Assembly (NCBI GenBank): GCA_945919375.1
Contig: CAMEJD010000004.1
Span: 27,443-91,442 of the forward strand
Length of the DNA: 64,000 bases
Source of the DNA: an uncultured Clostridia bacterium
GTDB taxonomy: Bacteria; Bacillota; Clostridia; Christensenellales; UBA1242
Direction of reading: 5' to 3'
Position numbers and translations under genes: made by a program. Shown here one piece after another: positions 28,147-37,819 of this stretch; within the stretch, counting starts at the first letter, position 1; each line of letters opens with the position of its first letter. Below the pieces are notes generated by a model. The model ran no database searches, was not told where the DNA came from, and was given only the letters and a program-made list of their open reading frames with translations.

Positions 28147-29934
28147 TTAAAATTTTTGTAGATAGTTATATATTGTTATTGCAAGGTTTTTATCTATTCC
28201 TTTTACCATATTTAATTCTTCCACACTTGCCTTTTTTATTGCATCAAATGTTTCAAATTGTTTTAGTAATGCTTGTTTTTTTACTTTTCCAAGACCTTTT
28301 ATATCATCTAGCGGACTTTTTATCTCATTTTTGCTTCGTAATTGTCTATGGAATGTAATTGCAAATCTGTGCGCTTCATCACGAATGTTTTGAAGTATTC
28401 TAAGTTCACTACTCCCACGCTTAAGCATAACAGGGATATTTGAATATGGCGTGTAAACTTCTTCAAATTGCTTTGCAAGTGAAACAATATCACAATTTAG
28501 TTTGCTATGCTTTAACACTTCATAGGTTGACGACAATTGTCCTTTCCCGCCATCAATCACAAGCAAATCCGGTTTTTGGGTAAAACTTACGTCATCTCCA
28601 TCAAGTTCGCTTATTCTTCGCTTTAATGTTTGCATAAGACATTCAAAATCGTTTGGCCCATTTTGGTTTCGCATTTTAAACTTTCTGTACATATTTTTTG
28701 CCGGTCTACCTGCGATAAATACAACCATACTTGCAACTTGATTTGTTCCACTTATATGAGATATATCATAACACTCAATTCGGTTTGGGATTTTTGTTAG
28801 GTTTAATTTTTCTTTTAACTTTGACAATGCTCCAACAGTTTTGTCGTATTCTATATTTTCTTTGTATTCAATTTTGCTTAAATATTCTTTTGCATTAAGG
28901 TTTGCTGTTTTTATTAAACTATACTTTACACCTTTTTGTGGGCAAGTTATTTTAACTCCAATTTCATCTTCCAAAATATTGTCAACTCTTATGTTTGTTA
29001 AAACTTCTTTTGGCTTTTCATGAACTTTGTAATACTGCATCAAAAACTCTTGCATTGTGTCCTTTTCTTCAATTGATGCATCAATAACACTTTGATTAAC
29101 AACACCAAGAATTTTGCCATGCCTTACCGTTAAAACACAAATTGAACCAATAACTCCGTTATTTTGATAACTTATTGCATCAAGTTTTAAATCGTTTGGA
29201 AGGTCAGTTACAACCCTTTGTTTTAAGTTTTTTACCATTTTTAGCATATCTCTAATTTCAATTGCTCTTTCAAAATTTTCAACTTGACTGGCAATTTCCA
29301 TTTTCTTTGTCAAAATTTCTTCAATATTTTTATCGTTACCACGCAAAAAGTCCATTGCGCTTTCAACAATTTTTTTGTAATCATCTTTTGATACTTTTTG
29401 TGCACAAGGGGCACTGCAAAGACCCATTGAATAATATAGGCAAGGACGTTGTACCGTCTTTTTTATTGTCTGTTTGCACATTCTTAATGGATATGCCATA
29501 TTAACAATTTTAATTAGTGCATATGGACTTATGCCACTAATATATGGCCCAAAATATTTATTTCCGTCATTTTTTATTCGTCTAACGACTTCCATTCTTG
29601 GATAGTCATCTTTTGTTGTGACTCTTATATATGGATATGCCTTGTCATCTTTTAAGAGAATATTATAAAAAGGCTTATACTTTTTTATCATATTATTTTC
29701 AAGAGCAAAAGCATCTCTTTCGTTTAATGTTACATAATATTCAAAATCGTCAACATGCTCCACCATTGCCATAACCTTGTCTTGCTTTGGCGAATTGTTA
29801 AAATATTGACTAACTCTGTTTTTAAGGTTTTTTGCTTTTCCAACATAAATGACAGCACCAGAAGAAGAGTGCATAATATACACTCCGCTTTGTGTTGTTA
29901 AATTTTTGAGTTTTTCTTTAATTTTTTGATTCAT
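28147..29934 (-). CDS. uvrC: Excinuclease ABC subunit C
   Basis: The N-terminus is GIY-YIG type (GVYIMHSSSGAVIYVGKAKNLKNRVSQYF). A C-terminal HhH segment (LDDIKGLGKVKKQALL) is present, and the size is 595 aa. Confidence 0.93.
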   Translation of the reverse strand: MNQKIKEKLKNLTTQSGVYIMHSSSGAVIYVGKAKNLKNRVSQYFNNSPKQDKVMAMVEHVDDFEYYVTLNERDAFALENNMIKKYKPFYNILLKDDKAYPYIRVTTKDDYPRMEVVRRIKNDGNKYFGPYISGISPYALIKIVNMAYPLRMCKQTIKKTVQRPCLYYSMGLCSAPCAQKVSKDDYKKIVESAMDFLRGNDKNIEEILTKKMEIASQVENFERAIEIRDMLKMVKNLKQRVVTDLPNDLKLDAISYQNNGVIGSICVLTVRHGKILGVVNQSVIDASIEEKDTMQEFLMQYYKVHEKPKEVLTNIRVDNILEDEIGVKITCPQKGVKYSLIKTANLNAKEYLSKIEYKENIEYDKTVGALSKLKEKLNLTKIPNRIECYDISHISGTNQVASMVVFIAGRPAKNMYRKFKMRNQNGPNDFECLMQTLKRRISELDGDDVSFTQKPDLLVIDGGKGQLSSTYEVLKHSKLNCDIVSLAKQFEEVYTPYSNIPVMLKRGSSELRILQNIRDEAHRFAITFHRQLRSKNEIKSPLDDIKGLGKVKKQALLKQFETFDAIKKASVEELNMVKGIDKNLAITIYNYLQKF

Positions 29935-31552
29935 TATTTATATAGTTTTTTATATCACCTAAAATTTCTTGTGCTTTTTTATCTGTTTCTTCTTTGTTTG
30001 TGCCCTTTAAGAATAGATAAATTTTTAACTTTGGTTCTGTTCCGCTTGGTCTTATTATAAATTTAAGGTCACCGGCAAAATACTCCAAAAAGTTTTGTTT
30101 TTCAAGTCCTGTTTTTTCACTGTCAAGGTAATCTTTTATTTCGGTAATTTTATAGCCTGACATTTCGGAAAGTTTTTCTGTTCTTAACTTATCAACAAAT
30201 TTGCTCATTATCTTAAAAGGTTCATTCCCTGTAAATTTTATACTATCCGAAAGCGAACTCATATACCCAACTTTTTGATAGATAGAGTCAAGGTAGTCGA
30301 TAAGTGTATCGCCCTTTAATTTCTTTTCTTGTGCTATTTCACAAATTTTTAATGCTGCAAAAATTCCGTCTTTGTCAAAAACATTTTTTCTTACAACATA
30401 GCCACAACTTTCTTCATAAGTAAGAGCAAAAGCAATGTCACCATATTCTTTTGTAAGTTCTTTTGTCTTTGTTCCAAGACTCATAAATCCTGTTAATGTT
30501 TTGTATAGTTTTGCATTGTAATTTTTGCAAATCTCGTCAATTAGTGGACTTGTTACAACACTTGTTACAACAAACTTGTTTTTACTGATATTACGCTTTA
30601 AGATATAGTCTGCAAAAATATATCCAACTTCGTTTCCCGAAAGTTTTATATATTGGTCGTTATGTCTTACCATAACTCCAAGTCTGTCGGCATCTGGGTC
30701 GGTTGCAACAATTATGTCTGCTTTTTTCATTTTTGCAAGTTTTATGCTCTTTTCAAAAGCTTCAACAAATTCTGGATTTGGATATTTACAAGTTGAAAAA
30801 TTGCCATCTTTAAATCTTTGGCATAGTGGAGTTGAAAAACTAAATTTATTGTTTTTAAGCAATTTACTAACCGAGTAATATCCTGTGCCATTTAGTGGAG
30901 TGTATACAATTTTTAGATTTTTTTCAATTTTACTTTTTTTGCTAATTATATACAATTTTTCATATTCTTTTCCAAGATAAATCACATGCTTTGATAGTTT
31001 TTGCTTGTAAACTTTGTTATACACTTCAACTTCATCAATATTGTCAAAAATATTTGATATTTCAATTTGTGTTTTTGTGTCTATTTGTATGCCATTTTGA
31101 GCATAAACTTTTATGCCATTATATTCTCTTGGGTTATGGCTTGCTGTTATCATAACACCAAAATTTGAACCTAACAAATTTGTTGCAAAAACGCAAAGTG
31201 GAGTTGGTGCATAATTTTTGAACAAATATACCCTTATGTTGTTTTGCTCCAAAACTTTTGCAAATATTCTTGAAAATTTTTTACTATTTAACCTTGTATC
31301 AAAACAAACTGTGACACTTGGATTTACATCTTTTTGGCTTAAATAATTTGCCAAACTTTGAGCAAGTTTGCAAACAGTCAACTCGTTTATGTTTATTGTT
31401 CCAAGTTCCATTGTTCCACGCATTCCTGCTGTGCCAAAGGTCAAGTTATCCGAAAAGTTTTTTTCAATTTGACTTTCGGTCATTTTGTTAAGTTTTTTTA
31501 CAATACTTTTGTCCAAAATGTCGTTTTTGTAATGTTCAAAGTTTTTATTCAT
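29918..31552 (-). CDS. Phosphoglucomutase/phosphomannomutase-family phosphohexomutase
   Basis: The active-site loop is TASHNPREYNGIKVY and the Mg loop is ATDPDADRLG. I prefer the MNKNFEHYK start at 31552, which overlaps the rmuC stop. The track ORF extends to 31636. Confidence 0.88.
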   Translation of the reverse strand: MNKNFEHYKNDILDKSIVKKLNKMTESQIEKNFSDNLTFGTAGMRGTMELGTININELTVCKLAQSLANYLSQKDVNPSVTVCFDTRLNSKKFSRIFAKVLEQNNIRVYLFKNYAPTPLCVFATNLLGSNFGVMITASHNPREYNGIKVYAQNGIQIDTKTQIEISNIFDNIDEVEVYNKVYKQKLSKHVIYLGKEYEKLYIISKKSKIEKNLKIVYTPLNGTGYYSVSKLLKNNKFSFSTPLCQRFKDGNFSTCKYPNPEFVEAFEKSIKLAKMKKADIIVATDPDADRLGVMVRHNDQYIKLSGNEVGYIFADYILKRNISKNKFVVTSVVTSPLIDEICKNYNAKLYKTLTGFMSLGTKTKELTKEYGDIAFALTYEESCGYVVRKNVFDKDGIFAALKICEIAQEKKLKGDTLIDYLDSIYQKVGYMSSLSDSIKFTGNEPFKIMSKFVDKLRTEKLSEMSGYKITEIKDYLDSEKTGLEKQNFLEYFAGDLKFIIRPSGTEPKLKIYLFLKGTNKEETDKKAQEILGDIKNYINNESKN

Positions 31553-32855
31553 CGTCTTCTCCATTATCTTCATTTTCTTCACTATCAAAAGTAAGAACTT
31601 CTTGTTCTTCTTCACTTGGCGCAAGTGATGATACATTTTTTAATTTTTTATCAATTGTTCTTGATTTTTTTGTTGCAAGTTCTATTGTATTACTTGCTTC
31701 TGCAAGTTTCTTTTGAGTTTTTGCAAGCAAGTCTACAAACTTTGTAAATTCAACCTTAAATGTTGAAAGCAAATTCCAAACTTCGCTTGACCTTTTTTCT
31801 ATTGACAAACTCTTGAACCCAAGTTGTAAACTATTGAGTAATGCGGATAGTGTTGTTGGCCCGCAAACAATAATTTTGTATTGAGTTTGCAATTGTTCAC
31901 AAAGCCCATTTATACGGAGTATTTCGGCATACATACCTTCAATTGGCACATACATAACTGCAAAATCTGTTGTTTTTGGAATTAAAATATATTTTTCCTT
32001 TATCTTTTTTGCTTCTTCTTTTACTCTTTTTTCAAGGTTTTTCACTGCAAGGTCAACATCTTCTTTGTTCCCGTTTTCACTTGCGTCAACAATTCTTTGA
32101 TAATCTTCAATTGGGAACTTTGCATCAATTGGCAAATACACTTCGCCACTATCATCTTTTCCGGGCATTTTGATTACAAAGTCAACTCTATCCATATTTT
32201 TTGGGTTTATGTTCACTTGACTTAAATATTGCTCTTTTGTGAGTATTTGTTCAAGCAAACTTTCAAGTTGAACTTCGCCCCACGTTCCACGAGTTTTTAC
32301 ATTTGTCAAAACTTTTTTAAGGTCGCCAACACCGGTTGCAAGTTGCTTCATAACTCCAATACCTTCATAAACCGATTGCAATCTTTCGTTTATTATATTA
32401 AAAGAATTGGTCAACCTATTTTCCAAACTAACATTAAGTTTTTCATCAACGGTTTGTCGCATTTGTTCCAATTTCTTTTCGTTGTCTTGACGCATTGAAC
32501 TTAACCCATTTTCAAGAGTTGTTATTGCGTTTTTCATTGACTGGTCGTTGTTTTGAAGTACACTGTTAAGTCTTGTCAAAATTTCACTTTGTTGAGTAAA
32601 TTGTGTTCTGTTGTTTTGTGAAACACTGTTAAGTAGTGTGTCGTTTGAGTCTTTTATTTGGTGCAATATAAGTGAATTTAGTTGATGATTTAATTCGTTT
32701 TGACTTTTGCTTGCATTGTGAATTTCGTTTATAATCTTGTCAACATCAATATCTGTATTATCTTTTAGTGACACTTTTTTTATACTGATTAAGCATATTA
32801 TGCTCACTGCAAGACAAACAACCGAAACGACCAAACTAATTATTTCTATAATCAT
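31545..32855 (-). CDS. rmuC: DNA recombination protein RmuC
   Basis: It has an N-terminal TM helix, a long coiled coil, and then the RmuC signature TRGTWGEVQLESLLEQIL. Confidence 0.85.
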   Translation of the reverse strand: MIIEIISLVVSVVCLAVSIICLISIKKVSLKDNTDIDVDKIINEIHNASKSQNELNHQLNSLILHQIKDSNDTLLNSVSQNNRTQFTQQSEILTRLNSVLQNNDQSMKNAITTLENGLSSMRQDNEKKLEQMRQTVDEKLNVSLENRLTNSFNIINERLQSVYEGIGVMKQLATGVGDLKKVLTNVKTRGTWGEVQLESLLEQILTKEQYLSQVNINPKNMDRVDFVIKMPGKDDSGEVYLPIDAKFPIEDYQRIVDASENGNKEDVDLAVKNLEKRVKEEAKKIKEKYILIPKTTDFAVMYVPIEGMYAEILRINGLCEQLQTQYKIIVCGPTTLSALLNSLQLGFKSLSIEKRSSEVWNLLSTFKVEFTKFVDLLAKTQKKLAEASNTIELATKKSRTIDKKLKNVSSLAPSEEEQEVLTFDSEENEDNGEDDE

Positions 32856-34098
32856 AATGCTTTATCTCCCCAATAAGTTCTTCTCTTGTGTTATTTATCT
32901 CGCCGTCAAATACACGACTAAGAAGTTCTTTTAATAATTTTCCATAATATTTTTCTGGCATACGAGATTTATATTTCTTTATATCATCGCCATTAACTTG
33001 TAAATCTCTTACTCTTATTGGCACATGGTTATTTACCAAATATTTGTAAAAAAAGTTATATTTATTAAATAAAAATGGATGTTTTGACGAAATATACTTA
33101 CCTATTTCTTTAAAATTGTCAAAATACTTCAAAAAGTATTTTTTATTATTTATTCTATTTAATGCATCAAAATATCCACTAACTATATTGATATAATAAT
33201 CTTGTTGTTTGTTTGTAAAGTTAAGTCCTTTTGTCCCTAGCATATACCTTAAATAATATTCAACACATTCCGGATTGATTGCATTTATCATATCAATAAG
33301 AAGTGCCGATACTTTTTCAAGACTATTCTTTTTTACCATATCAAGTTTGATATAAGATTTTGTTGAATAGAAAAATGACCAAAGTTGCATAGAATTAAAA
33401 TAGTTTAATGCTCTTATGCAAGCACCTTTTTTGGTTATTGGATATTTTTTGTAACAATTAAGAATTTGTAATAATTCTTTTTGTTTTCTTATCCCCGTTA
33501 TATCTTTTAACCTATAACTCATTTGGTTTGCAATTTTAAATGTTTCTTTTTCTATGCCAAAATTGAGTTCGCAAGCAACCCTTATCATTCTTAAAATTCT
33601 TAGTCCATCTTTTGAAAAAACAAACTCTGGTGTTTCAATGGTTTTTAATCTGTGTTTTTTTAGATCATAAAGTCCAGAATAAATGTCTATTATCTTGTTT
33701 TTTATGATGCTGTAATAAATACAATTTATTGTAAAATCACGCCTTTTTGCATCCTGCCTAATATCATCAACAAAGCGAACAGAAACAGGACAATGCTTGC
33801 CAGAATCGTCATATTCTTCCATTCTAAAAGTTGAGTGTTCATAAACTTCATCACCAATAGAAATTGTAACAGTTCCCAATTTTTTGTTTTTGTCTTTAAC
33901 AATAAAGTTTGTTCCCGCCAAAATTTCTTTAAGTCTTTCTGGAGTAAGTTTGCTACAAAGGTCAATATCAGTTGCAGTAAAACCAAGTAGACTGTTTCTA
34001 ACATATCCCCCAACAATAAATAACTCTGCCTTATTTTTTAACTTTTTGGCAAGTTTCATTAAGTTTTCTGAAACTTGAATTTTGTTTGTGTCTTCCAT
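32836..34098 (-). CDS. cca: CCA-adding tRNA nucleotidyltransferase / poly(A) polymerase family
   Basis: The motifs are LFIVGGYVRNSLLG..TDIDL and RRDFTIN. I prefer the MEDTNK start at 34098. The track ORF extends to 34194. Confidence 0.8.
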   Translation of the reverse strand: MEDTNKIQVSENLMKLAKKLKNKAELFIVGGYVRNSLLGFTATDIDLCSKLTPERLKEILAGTNFIVKDKNKKLGTVTISIGDEVYEHSTFRMEEYDDSGKHCPVSVRFVDDIRQDAKRRDFTINCIYYSIIKNKIIDIYSGLYDLKKHRLKTIETPEFVFSKDGLRILRMIRVACELNFGIEKETFKIANQMSYRLKDITGIRKQKELLQILNCYKKYPITKKGACIRALNYFNSMQLWSFFYSTKSYIKLDMVKKNSLEKVSALLIDMINAINPECVEYYLRYMLGTKGLNFTNKQQDYYINIVSGYFDALNRINNKKYFLKYFDNFKEIGKYISSKHPFLFNKYNFFYKYLVNNHVPIRVRDLQVNGDDIKKYKSRMPEKYYGKLLKELLSRVFDGEINNTREELIGEIKHYDYRNN

Positions 34099-34366
34099 AT
34101 TTTTTATTATAGCACAACAAACAAAATAAACAAATTGATTATTATTAAAAATTTTTAATCGCCATTTTGCCTGCACAATAAAATCTTTATTCAAAATATT
34201 TTAATAATTGCATTTTTTATGGTTTAGATTTCGCCAAAGTACAACTTTTAGATGTAAGTCAAAGTGACTATTAGAAAAAATTTCCATTGAAAAATATATT
34301 GAAATATCAATATGCTACCAAAATAAATAATTTTGCAAAATTCTACATAAGATATTTTGTAGAATT

Positions 34367-35773
34367 ATGAAAAAATTAAAACCTATTACAAAGTTATGTT
34401 ATGCAACTGGGAATTTGGGATATGGTGTTATATCTCAAACAATGACAACCTTTATTATGTTTTTTGGTACAAGCGTTCTGGGAATAAAAGGTTCGCTTGT
34501 TGGTTTGTGTGTCGCATTATCTACTTTTTGGGATGGGCTTAGCGACCCGCTTATTGGTTATTTGAGTGATAGAACTGAGTCAAAATTTTGGGGTAGGCGT
34601 CTTGGCTATTTATTTTTTGGTACAATTTTTATGGCAACTTTTAACATTCTTATTTGGAGCGTTCCAAACAATTTTTCGGAAATTGGAAAATTCTTTTGGT
34701 TACTTTTTTGCTTGCTGGGAATAGAAACAGCAAACACTTGTTTTGCAACACCCTATGTTGCTCTTGGAATAGATATTGCACCGGGGTATAACGAACAAAG
34801 TATTCTTCAAGGATACAAAACAGTTTTCTTTATTTTGGGTATGGTTCTTCCTAGTCTTCTTATGATGATTTTTATGCCAAACACTGCAAATGAACCTGGT
34901 CAACTTAATCAAAGTGGATATATCAATATGAGTTATGCAACAAGTTTGCTTGGAATTGTTTGTGGTTTTATTTGTGTTTTTGGGACATTTAAAAAAGCAA
35001 GAACTATGCCAAAGTATAAAACAAGAAAAAAAGAAAAAAATGCATTCTTTAAAATTTTGTATAATTTCTTTTTGACATTAAAAGACAAAAATTATGGCAC
35101 AATTATAATTTCATACTCGGTTGCACTTATCTCTGCGGCATTTTTAACAAGTGTTGGTATGCACCTTTTTACCTATTGTTTTCACTTTAACGCAACACAA
35201 ATACCAATTGTAATGACTTGCCTTTTTATTGGGGCAATATTAAGTCAATTATTTTGGATTCCGCTTTCAAAAAAAATAGATAAAAAACCCGCACTAATTT
35301 GGGCTTATATCACAATACTAATTGGTATATTTTTAACATTTTTTGTATTTTTGTTTCGTGAGCAAATTGGGTCAACCATTTGCTTTTGGCTTGTGCTTGT
35401 TTGTATTACTTTTTGTGGATTTGGAACAGGTGCATTATATTCACTTCCAATATCTATGTTTGCAGATAATATCACAATGGATAAACTGCGAACGGGCGAA
35501 AATAAAAGTGCGACTTATTCCGGCTATATGACTTTTGCATACAACATTGCAAACTCAATAGCATTGCTTATTATTGGTGTTCTATTAGACTTAATTAAGT
35601 TTGACCCTAAAAGTCCAGTGCAGGCACAAAAAGTACAGTCTTTGCTTGGAATAATTGTGTTTGGCGGTTGTGCAATTTGTATTCTCATTGCCCTACTTGT
35701 TTTAAAACGCTATAATCTTAAACGCAGTGATATTCTAAAAGAACAACTCCTTGCAAAACAAAAGAAGAAATAA
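34367..35773 (+). CDS. GPH-family (glycoside-pentoside-hexuronide) cation symporter, MFS superfamily
   Basis: The N-terminal signature is WDGLSDPLIGYLSDRTESKFWGRR. About 12 hydrophobic segments are present. Confidence 0.85.
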   Translation: MKKLKPITKLCYATGNLGYGVISQTMTTFIMFFGTSVLGIKGSLVGLCVALSTFWDGLSDPLIGYLSDRTESKFWGRRLGYLFFGTIFMATFNILIWSVPNNFSEIGKFFWLLFCLLGIETANTCFATPYVALGIDIAPGYNEQSILQGYKTVFFILGMVLPSLLMMIFMPNTANEPGQLNQSGYINMSYATSLLGIVCGFICVFGTFKKARTMPKYKTRKKEKNAFFKILYNFFLTLKDKNYGTIIISYSVALISAAFLTSVGMHLFTYCFHFNATQIPIVMTCLFIGAILSQLFWIPLSKKIDKKPALIWAYITILIGIFLTFFVFLFREQIGSTICFWLVLVCITFCGFGTGALYSLPISMFADNITMDKLRTGENKSATYSGYMTFAYNIANSIALLIIGVLLDLIKFDPKSPVQAQKVQSLLGIIVFGGCAICILIALLVLKRYNLKRSDILKEQLLAKQKKK

Positions 35774-35859
35774 AGTTTTTACAAATTTTTGCTAAATACT
35801 TTATAAAATTATTTATTTTACCTTGTTGTTTATAATTAAGTTTTAATATATAAACTAAA

Positions 35860-36515
35860 AATATGGCTTCGCCCTTTTGGGGCTGTGTCACATTTTCAAG
35901 ATTATTCAAGCAATCTTGTCTATACTCATTGTAATAACTGTCGGGTTTCTGATTCTTTTGATATGAAAATAAATTAATAAAAAAACAAGTTATAAGTGTC
36001 TTGGGAATATTAAAAAGTTTGATAGAATAATTAAAAGCAAAATTAGAGTCTAATATTATAGTTTGATAGAAAAATATATCAATTAAAAAAAGAACCTCAA
36101 GTTCGAGGCAGGTTTGAAATATGCTAAAGTTTGGTAGAAGAATTAAAAGTAAAATTAAGGCACAGATTCTAGGCTCGCATAATAAAATCCGGCAGGAGTT
36201 TGCTAACGCAAATAGGGCTTCGCCCTTTTATCAGCGTCGCATATTTAAGATTGTGCAAGCATATTTTCTATATGCTCCTTGTAATGACTGTCGGATTTCT
36301 AATTCTTTAGATAGAAAACAAATAAATTAAAAAAGAACCTCAAGTTCGAGGCAGGTTTGAAATATGCTAAAGTTTGGTAGAAGAATTAAAAGTAAAATTA
36401 AGGCACAGATTCTAGGCTCGCATAATAAAATCCGGCAGGAGTTTGCTAACGCAAATGACTGTCGGATTTTTTATGCAGTAAACAACGAAGATGTGCCTTA
36501 ATTTTGCTTTTAATT
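35860..36515. repeat. Mosaic tandem repeat in the transporter/dnaN convergent spacer, including a 128-bp exact direct repeat and a 24-bp inverted repeat
   Basis: Positions 36086-36213 and 36329-36456 read as identical by eye, at an offset of 243 bp. A degenerate third copy lies near 35983-36080. A 72-nt module (36214-36285) is related to 35864-35935. The inverted repeat pairs 36384-36407 with 36492-36515 and overlaps the dnaN stop codon. Confidence 0.85.
36427..36472 (+). terminator. Plus-strand hairpin plus U-tract inside repeat copy B
   Basis: The outer stem pairs aaaatccggcag with ctgtcggatttt and includes one G-T pair. The inner stem is tttgc-taac-gcaaa. The hairpin is followed by tttttt. 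Confidence 0.5.
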
Positions 36516-37622
36516 GATCATACGGACAGGCAAAATCAAATACAAAAATTCTTCCTTCTCCCCATCAATCGGTGTTATAATACATGGATTTGTTGAAGAT
36601 GAAAAACTAATTTTTACAAATTCATTTGATACTGCTCTAAATGCTTCCAAGAAATATCTTGCATTGAAAGCAATTACCAAATCTTTTCCTGTGAGTACAA
36701 CATTTATTTTTTCTTTTATATTACCAATTTCACTATTTGATGTAAGATATAATGTATCTTCTTTTATATCAAACTTTACAAGGTTGTTTTGTCCAATTTT
36801 TGAAAGGAGTGATGCTCTTTCCAAAGCATCTTCCATTTGTGCCTTGTTTACTGTTATAACAGTGTCTTTTGATGAAGATGATATTATTTGGCTGTAACTT
36901 AAGAATTCGCCTTCAAGTAATCTTGTGATAATCTTTGTATCGCCAAGGTCAACCATAAGAAAATTCTTTTGAACATATACATTTACAATATCGTCACTAT
37001 CATCAAGAAGTTTTGCAATTTCCCTTAAACTTTTGTCTGGAACAATGCATGATGTTTCAAGGTTAGAAAAAGCCAAAACTTTTCTTACAAGAGAAAGTCT
37101 GTATCCATCACTTGTGACTGCTTTGATTATGTCTTGTCCAATTTCAAGTAAACAACCTTTTAAAATAGGTCTTGAATCGTCAATTGCAACAGAGAATATC
37201 GCTTTGTTTATAAGGTCTTTGAAATCTTGTTTTGTTATTCCAAAATATTCAGTTGTATTTACATTATTGAATGCTGGATATTCGTCTGGAGTAAAGCATT
37301 GAATAAAACCTTCACTATCTATATATTTTATTTTTAAACCATTCTTTTCATTTAGCGTTAGTTCAATTTTTTCGTTTGTTAATTTTTTTACAAACTCGCA
37401 AAAAAATCTTCCTGGAACAACTGTTTCGCCTTCTTCCTTAACTTCGGCTCTTATTTTCTTTTCAATAGAAAGTTCAAGGTCAGTTGCAAGCAATGTTAAT
37501 TCACTGCCTTCGGCTATAAGTTTAATTCCTTCCAAAATAGGGTTTGTTGTTTTTGATGCAATTGCTTTGCTTACCTTTAAAACTGCATCTGATAGGTCTA
37601 AACCATCACAAATAATTTGCAT
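36510..37622 (-). CDS. dnaN: DNA polymerase III beta sliding clamp
   Basis: The 370-aa protein lies immediately downstream of dnaA. The N-terminus (MQIICDGLDLSDAVLKVSKAIASKTTNPILEGIKL) is typical of DnaN. Confidence 0.95.
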   Translation of the reverse strand: MQIICDGLDLSDAVLKVSKAIASKTTNPILEGIKLIAEGSELTLLATDLELSIEKKIRAEVKEEGETVVPGRFFCEFVKKLTNEKIELTLNEKNGLKIKYIDSEGFIQCFTPDEYPAFNNVNTTEYFGITKQDFKDLINKAIFSVAIDDSRPILKGCLLEIGQDIIKAVTSDGYRLSLVRKVLAFSNLETSCIVPDKSLREIAKLLDDSDDIVNVYVQKNFLMVDLGDTKIITRLLEGEFLSYSQIISSSSKDTVITVNKAQMEDALERASLLSKIGQNNLVKFDIKEDTLYLTSNSEIGNIKEKINVVLTGKDLVIAFNARYFLEAFRAVSNEFVKISFSSSTNPCIITPIDGEKEEFLYLILPVRMIN

Positions 37623-37819
37623 AATTTTGCTTCCTTTTAATTTAATATTTTTATATCTTTAAATTGTTATATTTATTATATAGAGTGTGAAAATGTGGAT
37701 AACTATTTTTAAACACAATATATAGTTTAACATTTTGACATTTTACTTATTTTATAACAAAATATTGATTTTTTGAAATGTGGACAAGTTGTTAATAAAT
37801 TTTTTAATTTATCCACATA
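37623..37819. other. Candidate oriC segment (dnaA-dnaN intergenic DnaA boxes plus an AT-rich stretch)
   Basis: Perfect DnaA boxes lie at 37694-37702 (reverse) and 37809-37817. A one-mismatch box lies at 37779-37787 (reverse). An extremely AT-rich run spans 37640-37690. This is the canonical Firmicute location. Confidence 0.6.

Noticed and set aside
36121-36330. A 69-aa ORF inside the repeat region, considered as a real gene
   Set aside because: Its C-terminal half is encoded by the 72-nt module that is absent from the other repeat copy. The sister ORF (36364-36501) therefore has a different 14-aa tail. I retain it only as a hypothesis within the repeat finding.
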